A stretch of 63,762 bases of DNA, counting the filler. It is 13 parts of 13 records of this genome, joined end to end, with 100 filler letters (N's around TTAATTAATTAA, not from the genome) between each part and the next. Parts side by side here need not be neighbours in the genome. Positions count along the whole stretch, not along the records: positions 8,758 to 14,256 come from SRR9670534_1173; positions 14,357 to 16,636 come from SRR9670534_1176; positions 16,737 to 19,137 come from SRR9670534_1178; positions 19,238 to 23,300 come from SRR9670534_1180; positions 23,401 to 25,975 come from SRR9670534_1183; 8 more parts are not named here. The stretch is one strand, 5' to 3'. The translations under genes and the position numbers were made by a program. The notes beneath the pieces were generated by a model. That model searched no databases and had not been told where the DNA came from. It was given only the letters and a program-made list of their open reading frames with translations. Of the stretch, positions 13,303 to 25,624 are shown in pieces. The first letter of the stretch is position 1, and each line of letters starts with the position of its first letter.

Positions 13303-15327
13303 ATCTCTATACGGTCTCAACAAGAAGCGTTCTTCAACGTTTTAGCTAAACATTTATTCCACAGCGTTTTAAAGGCTATTTTCTTTGCAAATTGCAAATT
13401 GCATGAGTCATGCAGCATGACAAATATGCATGCAATACTAACATGACAACTTTTTTATATTATGAAATGTTAAATCATACATATAATATTATTACGCAAT
13501 GTTACATAATAGGCTACTATAATTTAATATGTAAACCAAATAAATTACATTATATTAGTCGATAAATCTAGAGGTAATCAATTAATTTATAGAACTTAAT
13601 TCTAACTATATAATTTATTAATTTTTAAATGATCATGTCTTGTTTTTGACAAACACAATGTTCTTTGTCATATAATTTGGTTGATAATAATAAACACTGT
13701 TGTGCAAAACGAATGATGATTTAACATGTGTTTAACCATTTTAAGAATGAAGAAGTGTAGGTTTCAAACCTTGGAATCCATACCATGGACAATCTTGATA
13801 AAGCCCTAACATGCAATTTTCAAGTATTTAAAGTACCGTACTTTCATCCAGTGAAATTAAATTAGTATTTTGCTTGCTAAAGCGCAAACGTCGCAAACTT
13901 TCATTTCCATCATTTGAAATATCCATCAGCAAAAATACTGAGGAAATATTTTTTCTTTACTATCTTAAAATACACTTATTCATAATATTTATCAACGACT
14001 TATTGACAACAAGACTTGTTGAACAAGTATAAATTTTGATATTATAAAACCTTTCGTTATTATTTAATAACAAACTTAATTCAAGATAAGTGAATTTAAG
14101 TTAATCACACCATAACAATGTATCCTAAAAACAACACAATTAACAGAGAATAACATTTTCAATAATCAAAAGGAGAAGCTCATACAAATGTAATTTCAAT
14201 AAGAAGTTATAAGCAATTCATACGAATTAATAATAACAATTCAAATGGAATATATANNNNNNNNNNNNNNNNNNNNNNNNNNNNNNNNNNNNNNNNNNNN
14301 TTAATTAATTAANNNNNNNNNNNNNNNNNNNNNNNNNNNNNNNNNNNNNNNNNNNNTATATATATATATATATATATCTATTGTTTTATCTATGTATTTG
14401 CTGTCAATAAAAAACTAGAATAAATGGTCCTTTATTAATATTATTAATAATACCATGTAGTATTCATAAAGTACTTAATAAGTATTTATAGTACTACTTA
14501 TAGAGTATATATCATAAATTTGCGTAATGGCATGATCTTAGATGATATTCTTACTACAGCCTGTTATATATCTTACTTAATATGAATTATCATTATTATT
14601 ATTAACAATCAGTTATTAATAGAAAAGCATGTCTTATGATTTTCCAAAAAATGCTTACTACTAGTAGCAACTCAGCAGTTGCTGGCACTTGTATTAACAG
14701 CTATTGATACAGCACTACCATATTGGGGGCCCTCAGTGAGGGCCTTTAGGACTTATTAGGCTATTTGCTTCCACTGTGGAAGTTCCACATCACCTATGGT
14801 GATGAAGCAACTAATAATGTGTACTCACTTTTGTATAATACTACAATATGGTAACTATAGTATTAAACGGAAATTATTGCTAATCTAATTTTTAGCCAAT
14901 TGGTTTTTGGTCAATTCATCAACAATCTTTTCTGCAATGAAAGCAATATTTCTAGCTCAACTATTTTCGGTCTACCTACTGCTGGCAAATCATCAAAGCT
15001 GTAAGTTAAATTTTCAGCAAAACTTAACTGTATCTTTTTTGTAACGACTTTTTAGTTTATAGAGCGGTTTTGCAAGCATGCAATTAAATTATATGTTATT
15101 CATTTCAGATGTACCAAATATATTGTTATTTTTGTTTAGTCAGTAGTCCCTACTAAGGACTAAAGCGTTACGTTTATAACAGTAAATTATGTTGAAAGCA
15201 GTTATTTTGAAGGCGTTTTGATACGTTTTTGGAATTTGATATTATGCAAAAAGTTAATAAGTCTAAAATGTGTGAAATTGATTTTTATAAAATCATTTAG
15301 TTAAAGCAAATTAATACAAAAGTAACA

Positions 15328-15402
15328 GAAGTATGCACCTTAGTTAGTACATATTGTGTTCTACTGTAGAACATAATATGTACTAACTAAGGTGCATACT
15401 TC
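15328..15402. repeat. Near-perfect 75-nt palindrome
   Basis: 37-bp arms with one G-T mismatch and a 1-nt centre. Confidence 0.9.
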
Positions 15403-15989
15403 CGTTCTTCATAGAACTTCTACATAAGTAACTATGGCAATAAACAAAACAATGCATAAGCACATACTATATAGAACAATGTTCTAAGAACATTGATTAC
15501 ATTGCATAACACATAAAAACTTACCTGCTCTTTAGTTGAAATAGCAATAGTGCAGATGCACATATCTTCAATGTACATTGTATGTACACTCAGTGTACTA
15601 CACTGCATTACGTTTACCTGTTTTGCAATAGAAATGGCAACTGTATCAAAGCTTATCAAAATAAATGTTATTATTTTAATGCATTTATGTTACTGTTACT
15701 TGAATTCCACCACAGGTGAATTTTTATGAAATATGCGAAAATGTATTCTTTGAGTGAATTTTGACAAGTTTTATATCAAATTTTAATAATAATAATAATG
15801 GGTACAAACTAAGCATGTATGATCTTCATGAAATCACATGTTATTAGTCCAGTTTAGATTATAGTTATATAAATACATGCAAATAAACAAGGGTGCACCA
15901 ATATCTAGTAAATAATGAATGCATCTAGTTAGTGCAAAAGTACATACTTTCATAACGCAACCTGTTTCATAAATAAAGTAGCTACTATG

Positions 15990-16125
15990 CAAGGGGCCTC
16001 TTCCAAAGGCACATAAATATATGCATATAACTTATTAACTCTACTGCAATCAAAATTGCAAAGGGCTTTTCCAAAGGCACATAAATATATGCATAATTAT
16101 TAGTTCTCCTGTAATCAAAATAGCA
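15990..16125. repeat. Diverged tandem duplication, ~78-bp period
   Basis: TTCCAAAGGCACATAAATATATGCATA occurs twice with similar flanks. Confidence 0.75.
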
Positions 16126-17315
16126 ATAAAGGAAAGGCAAATGCATACATTGTACTTTTGTTATTATTTACTAAAGGACAAAAACATACTTGTTCTTTAG
16201 CTCAAAAAATAATGTTCAGATATACCAAAGTTATGTAATTACTTATATGGCATGCATTTACTTGTTTATGCAAGTTCATTAATATGCAATTTCGTTATTA
16301 ATTATAATAGTAATGCTCCATGGAGTCCATAAGCAATACTAAATAATAACTTAAAACCTGTGCCTTCTATTGAAAACTAGTAACTTTATTAAATTAATAT
16401 CCAAACTCTTGTAAGAAACATTCATGTAAAATTTTACATAAGCATTTCAATTATTTCCGCGTTAACTACTATTATTAGTTATATTTTATAAATGTGATTG
16501 CTCTTTCAATATAGAGATGGAAAAGAGTTTGCGTCACTGGTATTAGCAAGCACTACTGAGCTGATAATTATCATTAGGCTATTTTTATAAATATGTCATC
16601 ATTAATAACAAATGTTATTACTTTCATGAACAAATGNNNNNNNNNNNNNNNNNNNNNNNNNNNNNNNNNNNNNNNNNNNNTTAATTAATTAANNNNNNNN
16701 NNNNNNNNNNNNNNNNNNNNNNNNNNNNNNNNNNNNATAACACAGTTATATACATTATGTATTATATTGTTGTTCTTACTTACATTTATTATTATTAAGC
16801 TATGCAAAGTTATAAACCTTCTAAAATGGCTTCAAATGCCATTTTTTCGATTTTGCGTCCCTATATCTCACCGTCACGTGCATATGGGCCGCTAACTAAT
16901 ATTTTATAATTCTATCTGAGAATTTCTCCATAATAATGAGTCATTATCATTCAAACTTATAAGTGACATCTTTTTTATTAAATTGGCTTTTCGCTCTATT
17001 TGGCCAATATGATAATCAATATGGTACAACCATTGTGATGGCATCTTATACATCTTGTACCATTAGTAGTATGCAGTATTTCGTTTTGGAATAGAACTAC
17101 ATGTGTGTCTGTACTTTTTGATAGATTGTTTCTGGCTAATAAGCATAACCCAACCGTACAGTATAAACTGTAAAAAAACCTTGGTGCAACCAATGGGTTG
17201 GCCTAGGGATTCCTAACAATCACCCCAGTTATGGAAAGCCTTTTAAGGATACGCAAAGAAACAAGTATTCATCGCAGGACTAGATAAATTTGGGAAGACT
17301 GATTTTAAAGAAACT

Positions 17316-18553
17316 ATGCTGAACTTGTTCAATACTTTATCAATAAATATTAAAGAAGACTACCATGAAGTCCTTCAGAAGATGGAGCTGATAATCTGGA
17401 GAAGTGGATTTACGAATTTTTATCAAGACTTCAGGAAAGCGTTTTATACAAATGATGTTTTGCCCAAAGGAGAACTTGAAAATATTGATAAATATAGAGC
17501 CCAGGATAAAAATAGCAAATTTTTCTCTATTTTCTCTAAATTTGTCACCAAAGATAGATTCAAAGAATTTGTAAAAACTTTGCGAGAAAATGACTCAGAT
17601 AAGATGTATCCAAGTATTACTGATGAAAAGAAGTTAATGATGCTCGATGATAGAAAAGTTGTCCTTTTATGTAAAAGTGATTTGGGTTCAGAAGTATCAT
17701 GGGAACTGATTGGCTCTGGAGCATTTTCAAACGTTTACAAACTGAAGAGTAGAACGTTTGGTTCTTGTGCTTTCAAAAAATTTAAACTGTTGTCAGAAGT
17801 TTTTGATAGTAACTTGTATCAACTAAAGCCACTTTTCAGAAACAAAATTGATTACGAAATAGCATTGGCATCAAAAATAATCCACATAAACTGTGTAAAA
17901 GTGTACGGCTATGTATCAGATGTTAACTGCTACGGCTTTATTCAGGAATTGTGCCCTCTTGGTTGTGCTGAAGATTATATTTGTTCCCACAGTGTTTGCA
18001 TAGCAGACAAGTTAAAGTGGATCCAAGAACTGTCAAATGCTGTTGCTTATTTACATGGTCTGAATCCAGTTATTCTTCATAATGACATTAAAGCTGCAAA
18101 TTGTCTCTTATTTCCAGTAATTGATGAGGAAATAATGTTGAAACTTGGCGATTATGGTTCAGCCGAAATGCTACTTATTACTGCAACTTTAACTAAAAGT
18201 GAGGTAAGGATGACGCCAACGCATTGTCCTCCAGAAATTCTTTCGAAAATGGGCAAAATTAGCAAATCCTCAGATATTTATCAAATCGGCATAACAATTC
18301 ACGAAATTTTAGTGCTTAAGCCAAAGGCAACAACAGCGTTTTCATTTAGCAGTCTGTCAGGATCAGATCTCACGAGTGATCTTTCCAAACAACTGTCTTC
18401 TCCTCTACAAGATGGATTAAGCCGGGTTGTAAGTTGTATTCTGGCTGAAGAGCCAGCAGAAAGACCAACTGCAAAAGAGATAGCTGATATCTTTGAAAAA
18501 GTTTCACACAGAGAGTTTGGGATTACTATGGCTGAAGAACCATTAGTGACAGG
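17316..18553 (+). CDS. TKL/RIPK-like non-RD protein kinase with N-terminal CARD/death-fold-like helical domain
   Basis: IGSGAFSNVY, CAFKKF, ILHNDIKAANCLL, LGDYGS, HCPPE, SDIYQIG, ERPT. N-terminal ~100 aa are helical. The exon ends at a phase-1 donor ACAG|gtatgt. Confidence 0.85.
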
Positions 18554-19108
18554 TATGTAGTTAATAATAACTACCTAAGTAAAACTGTAGTAACAGTATA
18601 CTATAATAATATGATATTATTATAGTATCAATTAAACTGTATATTATTATCATAGTATAATATTATAATATTGAAATTACAAAATTACAATCACGTAGCC
18701 ATTCATTTCAAACGTGTACAATAATATTATTATATATCATTTTATTTATTAATAATAATAATAAGCTATTAGAATAGCATTTTAATATAATTATCAAAGA
18801 TAAACACGCTTTTTGGTAATATGATATTATACTATAAAATTAATATATCAGTTTAATAATAGTTGATTAGTTATATAACATGTATGGCATATAATCAAAA
18901 ATGTGTTGCTTTCAAAGTTTCACAAACAGTTATTGAGCCGTAACAAATAAAACTTATTTATTACAAACTAATTATTACTATTATTACCACTATAATAGTG
19001 GTGTATAATTAATCATAGAAAGTAATTAATTAACTATAAGTCATTGTCAACAATAGTATCATTAATTAACAGTATGGTATTATGTACTAAGTAATTTGAA
19101 ATTACTAA

Positions 19109-19137
19109 TCTATATATATAAATCTCAAATGTTCGTC
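19109..19137 (+). mobile_element. Probable Helitron 5' end at contig edge
   Basis: A|TCTATATATATAAATCTCAAATGT, identical over 24 nt to 28199-28222, with different upstream flanks. Confidence 0.6.
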
Positions 19138-20602
19138 NNNNNNNNNNNNNNNNNNNNNNNNNNNNNNNNNNNNNNNNNNNNTTAATTAATTAANNNNNNN
19201 NNNNNNNNNNNNNNNNNNNNNNNNNNNNNNNNNNNNNATGTAGCATTTATTATGCACTCTCCCAATAGATTAGGCCTATAGGATATTGTGCATATGTTTG
19301 CACACGGTTAATGGAACAAAGTCATTAGTAATAACAACGAAAACAATTAGAATTATTATGAAAAACTTTCGATTCAAAAATAGATGTTCAACTATTGTTG
19401 TGATGCTTGTTATCAATGTAATTTTGTTTTTGTTATAAACTGCAAACCAAAACAAATGAATTTTTCCTATGACATCAGGAAGTACCCAAGTTTCCATTAT
19501 AAACAACCTATTACAAATAATAAAAGTTGACTAAAATTTATTTGGTTGGTTGCAATTGGTCTCCTGAATTATTATTAAGACAGGTGCTTCTTGTCGTCAT
19601 ATTCTTTCGCTCGTTCAGCATAGAAAGACCAAGCAAGCACCTGCAGTAATAGCTAAGAGGGCATAGAATATAAAAACCCTCCATCTACTTCAAAAACTCA
19701 ACCATTGTATAACAAACACTTACTAGAGGTTCAATGAAACACATCCATGATATATTACGAAAATATATAGCACTTATTATTATGAATATAATAATAAATC
19801 TTTTCATTTTTAAAGTGTGCAAATGACAGATTAGATCGCTTATTTCACCCTTCTTTTCTCCACAAACCCCACTATAATGTGTCAATAATAATAGTGGTAA
19901 TAATTGTTATGGCTCGATCATTACCAACCACGTCACATCATTTGAACTTATTCCGCTATTTCATACAACTATAATTACAGAATAATAATAACAACAATAT
20001 TACGATATGGAAATCAAATTGCAGAAATCTGCAGCATGGATGATAAATTTATTGATGAAACGCCAAAAATACCTCAATGGGACTCATACAAGTATCCAGT
20101 TTCTTTAACTGTTACCATTATTAACACCTTCCTTGCATGGGGCAAGGGTTGCTGATGGTATAGTAAACAATCTGAAAAATTTGTATCACACATCTCAATA
20201 ATGGAATATGTGAGAAGACCACGTGCATTTTGCTCAGCTGTGGCGCTAAAACTACCAATAAAACCCACGGTATATGTATTTGTTATTATCAATAACAGCA
20301 ATAAGTGTAACAATATCCAATACGTAATCGTTATAACGATACATAATAAGTCTAGCTAATTATTATTATTAATAAAAGCTCAGGCAAATCGCTACCAACC
20401 ACATTTCTTGTACACATTTGAAGGTGAACTGACTCAGCAGCATTTGAAATTGTGGTTAGAAGACAATCGTTGCCAGGACAAAAGGCGTATTGCAAAGACC
20501 AAATCAATGCAAATAATAGCAGGGATTGTTATTCTATAAATAATAAACATCGCATGAGAAAATGTAAACTGTTCCATTCTACCATACTGGTTCTTCTGTC
20601 AG

Positions 20603-20914
20603 CAGGTAAAAACAAGCATAACGGGTTTTCCCACCAGTGGCAAACAGTGGTTGAAAGATGTATTATAACACAGGTGCACAGCAGGTGATATGTAAAAGAT
20701 GCTACTGTAAGCGGCTATCTGAAATTCAAGAGCGCGAAATATGTTCAGGTGCGTCTAATTAGTAATAAAAACATTCTAAGTGGTGTGCTATGATTATCAT
20801 TATTATCCCAGGTGCGACTTGTATATAACACTTCAAAAACCATCATAATAACGACAGATATATGTAGCCAGCTACCATAACGTTTTGCTTTTATACCTGC
20901 CTGTTGCTTACCTG
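20603..20914. promoter_or_regulatory. Cluster of E2-box motifs (CAGGTG/CAGGTA) upstream of ADMP
   Basis: CAGGTG at 20671, 20682, 20746, 20809; CAGGTA or TACCTG at 20603, 20894, 20909. Confidence 0.5.
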
Positions 20915-20993
20915 CTTCCGATTCACTTATTCCTTCAATTACGCTTATTTCGTCAGTCAGCGTTTCTGGCATTCGTCTTGAATACCAAGCAAC

Positions 20994-22610
20994 ATGCCGC
21001 CATTCGTCCTCAAAAAGCTTTTGCTAATTGTTAATTGGCTAATTGCAATATCCGTCAAATCTTATTCATATCCTCTTGATTATTACGCGTATGACACTTA
21101 TTCTTATTCCCTCAGCAATGATGAACTATCATGGGATACGCTATCAGAGCTGGAACGCGAAATTTTTAAGGAAAAATTCCAGGAAATTTTGGATATTCCC
21201 AAAGTACCAAATGGAAGACCAGCCAGAGTTCTTACTCCGCCCAATTACATGCTGGAACTGTATGAAACAGTAGCAGATGGAACAACTGGTATTGCCAAAG
21301 CTCCAAATCCATACAATGCAGATATTATCAGAGGAATACCAGACAGATGTAAATAATACCCACAATCTTTATTTTATTTTTATGATAATTATTACAATTG
21401 TTTTAACCTACTAAGGGCCAACCCAAGCCATGGACTTCTACTTCAATGTCACCTCAGTCAGGAAACTTCGAGAGCCAGTCGTCCAAGCAGAACTTCACCT
21501 CTATAGAGCTAAAACGCAAGATTATTTATACTATAAATCTGAACTTATGAGAAACCACTTAATACAAGTAAGACGTACCTCAATTTGCTATAGTGACACA
21601 TTAAAAATCTCTCATGTTCTTATTTAGATAGATTTATACCAAAAAATGGATACCAATGACATCAGATACAGAGATGGGTACAAGCTTCTGGAAAGACGAA
21701 AAGTTTCTGCATATGGTGAAGGCTGGGAGATTTTCTATATTCGAAAAACAGTGATGGAATGGGTTGATAATCCAGCCAAAAATTTAGGTGTAAATTGTAA
21801 AATGGTCGATTAGACACGCCTTAATATTCCATTTTTCAGGGCTCATGGTAGCAATCACGACCTTATCTGGACAGCCAATTAATGGTACCATGTTCCAAAT
21901 AGAGCAAAAAACAGGATATCATGACTCAAGACAACCATTATTGGCTATATTTTGCCACGATTTAAAAGCACAACAATATCGCAAAGAGATATCACCTTAT
22001 AAACATACCAATGTTTTAGACTCTCCCTTTCAGGGTAAGTACATTAAATAATTTTGCGGCAATTTAACAAAATTTTACATTGAAAATTAATCTTATAACA
22101 TACTTTTTAGGCGATGAACAAAACTCAATCAGTTATGATACCAGTTATCCTACTAATAATTACGACAGTCAAAAAATAGAATCACTACAACACAACGTTG
22201 ATTTTTCTCGGAATCAACTGAACGAAAATGCATGGCAACCTTCATCGTTCAGTAGGAGTAAAAGGGGTGTTAATTCAGGAAATAACAATAAAAACAATAA
22301 ACAATCTTGCCAACGAAAAGATTTGTATGTTGATTTCACAAAAATAAAATGGCATGAATGGGTTATTTCTCCAATTGGTTATGAAGCTTCTCATTGTACT
22401 GGAGCTTGCCAGTTTCCTCCTGTAGAACCTACTAATCATGCTACTATTCAGAGTGTACTTAATGTCTTAAAATTGCAAAAAGATGTCGGCCCTCCTTGCT
22501 GCGTTCCGAAAAAGCTCGCGCCATTGACTATATTATTCTTTGACGAAGACGAAAATGTTGTTCTTCGAGGGTATGACGACATGACTGCAAAAGAATGTGG
22601 ATGCCAGTAA
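20994..22610 (+). CDS. ADMP: Anti-dorsalizing morphogenetic protein (BMP family), 5 exons
   Basis: Exons ~20994-21348, 21416-21567, 21628-21787, 21840-22034, 22111-22610 splice in frame. Signal peptide; prodomain PPNYMLELYETVAD...NPYNADIIR; RSKR furin site; mature domain LYVDF..I.W..WVISP.GY, PTNHATIQS..N.LKL, CCVP, LFFDEDENVVL..YDDM, CGC. Confidence 0.85.
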
Positions 22611-22956
22611 TGAAAACGCAAGAACCATCCTCTAATTAATTATGTTTAAACACAAAAATAAATTCATATTCAACTATACATACTTTTAATTTTGGTTTTG
22701 ATTTTTTTTTGTAACATAGCTTTTGACATAAGCCTTTTGTTATTACGTAAGTATAGTAGAACTGTAATTAAAGTATGCAAATCAATGATTCATTGTACCT
22801 CCTCCTTAGTTTTTTAATTTACATATAAATGTAAGAATACCAAAGAAAATTAGGCACTTCGATTTTTATTGTAAATCCAATTTTACTACATAACTGTCAA
22901 ATTTGTTTCATATTATTAAAAATAAAAACCTATTGATTTTCCAACACCAATGTGCG

Positions 22957-23300
22957 TCAAAGTTGAGGATACTCCGACAATAATTTATTAATCACCTCTC
23001 TGGGGTACTTTCCTCGTCTACCTTTGGAAAAGCCACCACCACTTTTTTCTTCAGCTCGAATTGCCTAAAATGTATTTTAACAAATAACTTATTTTCAATA
23101 TTATGAAACTCAACTCTCTCTCGTTCCAGACAGGTATGATAGCCTTTGATTTCATTTTTACAAAGATTTTCATCAAAATCATGTTTCTGCATGCACATAA
23201 GCATGCTTTGTATTTCCTGCACACATATATTTCCTAAAAATTTTATTTTATATGTAAAAATATCAAATTAGTTACTCAAATTTACCCTTATCTATTCGAG
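22957..23300 (-). CDS. CHCHD1: CHCHD1 / mitoribosomal mS37, 5'-truncated
   Basis: Twin CX9C: CVQEIQSMLMCMQKHDFDENLCKNEIKGYHTC. Spliced last exon ends INKLLSEYPQL*. Confidence 0.8.
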
Positions 23301-23718
23301 NNNNNNNNNNNNNNNNNNNNNNNNNNNNNNNNNNNNNNNNNNNNTTAATTAATTAANNNNNNNNNNNNNNNNNNNNNNNNNNNNNNNNNNNNNNNNNNNN
23401 TTTGGAACACCCTATTGTTCACATTAGTTTAAAATAATAGAATAATGTACAAGTAGGTCTTATTAATGACATCACATCGTAGGTCTTACGTATATGTAAA
23501 TACATAATAATGTACAGTACAATGTATATTATATCATGCGTACAAACATGTTATATGTATATTGTACCTGCGTATATACTGTACAATATGTAGCTTTGCG
23601 TTATGTGCATAAAAGTAACGTATGTAAATGTACTGTATAGTGTTCATGTATGCACCTTTGCGTTAAGTAACGTATGTACATACAATAAGTGTATTGTATA
23701 GTGTACATGTATGTACGT

Positions 23719-25624
23719 TTAAATGCACGTATGTACAGTATGTGATGTACATGTATGTACACATATGTATAATGCTATCATACCATAACGAAGATCTTGT
23801 GTACTGGTATTGTATGAACAAGAACCAAATGAACGTCTTCTTGTGCGTTTCAATATTCTATCACTGCCATTATGGGTTTCTATCAACAAAATATCCATTC
23901 CATCCTTATATGATGCAGATAGTACAGTTTCATCTTCAGTAGGTTTTTGATCTAAATAAGGAATGTTAATAAAAACTGAGTCTGCTATTAGTCTTATTGC
24001 AGAAGTAAGCAACAAAATTGACATAGACGTAAGCCCTATGTCACATCAAGGGATGTTTCTTACACCAATCATAGACATAGTAAGACGTAGAGATTCCTTA
24101 CTATGTCTATGACACTAATTCATGCGACATCTTTTTTTGCCGGGATGATCTAGCTACAGTAGCTTTAGTGCAGTATATCAATAGCATATTATATAATTCT
24201 TATACAATATCATTAATTAATCGTTAATAATAGTATCTTGAACAGAACTACAGTATTATGTACACAGTATTTACCAATTTCCGAAGCATTAGTTTCTTCC
24301 TTCACCACTGCTGAGACTGCACCCATACTTGGAGATACTGGCATAGTCATACTATTAAGCGCAGGAACATCTGTCACCGAATCTCTTGCAACGGAATCCA
24401 CTTGGCCTGTGGATGTTCTTGAACGAAATATTTCAGAAAAGGGTGCCATTACTAAATAGTAAAACACATCTATAATATCAAAACTTAATCACAGTGAGCC
24501 CTATTAGTCAAAACCATAAACCTGAAAGTAATTCTTCTTGGATGTTTTTATAATCAGAAGATAAATCTTCCACAATTTTTCTTTTGCTGACAAACTTTGG
24601 TAGAAAGCTTTGGGTATTTAACTGAGTACGTAACTGCTTTGCAAATCTTTTGTCAATTTCTTTTTCAAATTTTAATTGAAATTTGATTAGTGGTTTAAGC
24701 AAGAAAAATAGGCATCCTCTTATCTCAGTTGTAAAGAACACAAAATTCCACCAGGGCATATGAGCACTGCCTAAATTAGACAAAGATTTTCTGATGGTAT
24801 TATGTCACATAAATGAAACTAACACTGATTTCGTAGCAAAGACTTTTCGAGATAAGTGCCCATTAACGAAGTCTATAGTGCATTCGTGAATATATTATGC
24901 AACACAACAACTAGCTAATTCAACTAATTCACCTGTATAACTGCGAAAAGCTTTCAAAATCTCTCTGCACACAGACAGCCAATCAATGGAAACTTCCATC
25001 TCTCTCTCCAAACAAGTCAGCAACCTCAACCCTATGAAAAATGTTTGGCAACACAACTGAGTTTGTTCTCTTAAAGTTGAAAACGCTTTGGCTTTAATGG
25101 CACTTGCAGTTGAACCTGCTCCTGTTTTACTAGTAGATGGTTCTTTGTATAGGTTGCTGCTTGCCAAACGATTCCTTGAATCTAAGGTATCTTGAGTTAG
25201 ATGAAATGCGCGAGATTGATTCATATAGCGCATAAAATCATCCATTTCCATTTTTGAAACATCAGTTAGAGCTGAAAGCAAAGTGCGTTTATAATGTAGC
25301 ATCTTTCATCGAGCATACGGTAAACAAATGATGCAAAAATGAGCGACATCTTTCTGACATACTATTCAATATATATTCAATCATATCCTATAGCTATCGC
25401 CCAACTACATACATAGACTTTGCGTGCAATCAATAATGAGTACAAAATTTGTACACAAATGTATATACAGCTACTATAGTATACATTTACTTACCATGTG
25501 ATCCATCCTTCATAGTTAACTGTTCAATCATAAGCGGGTAAATGATGAAGACTAATTTGACGTGAACATTATCTGAAGGAATGTCCGTAATTAGAGTTAC
25601 TGCATCTTGATAGGTAAAGACATT
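23719..25624 (-). CDS. UNC80: UNC80 (NALCN channel complex subunit), C-terminal region, partial multi-exon
   Basis: CQTFFIGLRLLTCLERE...WLS, MPWWNFVFF...LFFLLKPLIKFQL and QLNTQSFLPK..SKRKIVEDLSSDYKNIQEELLSG align in order with remembered vertebrate UNC80 C-terminal blocks. Confidence 0.72.
24062..24119. mobile_element. Short CA...TG palindromic insertion with 8-bp TSD
   Basis: ACACCAAT [CATAGACATAGTAAG-12nt-CTTACTATGTCTATG] ACACTAAT. Confidence 0.7.

Noticed and set aside
14620-15110. Possible small exons flanked by GT/AG
   Set aside because: Could not assemble a convincing or recognisable frame.
19238-20990. Pinhead or another gene upstream of ADMP (several short ORFs)
   Set aside because: No consistent spliced reading frame or Cys-knot pattern on either strand; better explained as regulatory DNA. 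No canonical GRCGNC(N5)GTCT silencer seen either.
23500-23770. ORFs in TGTA/TACA-rich sequence (similar at 29329-29813, 35630-35740, 44050-44105)
   Set aside because: Low-complexity repeats that generate spurious Y/V/C/M-rich ORFs.
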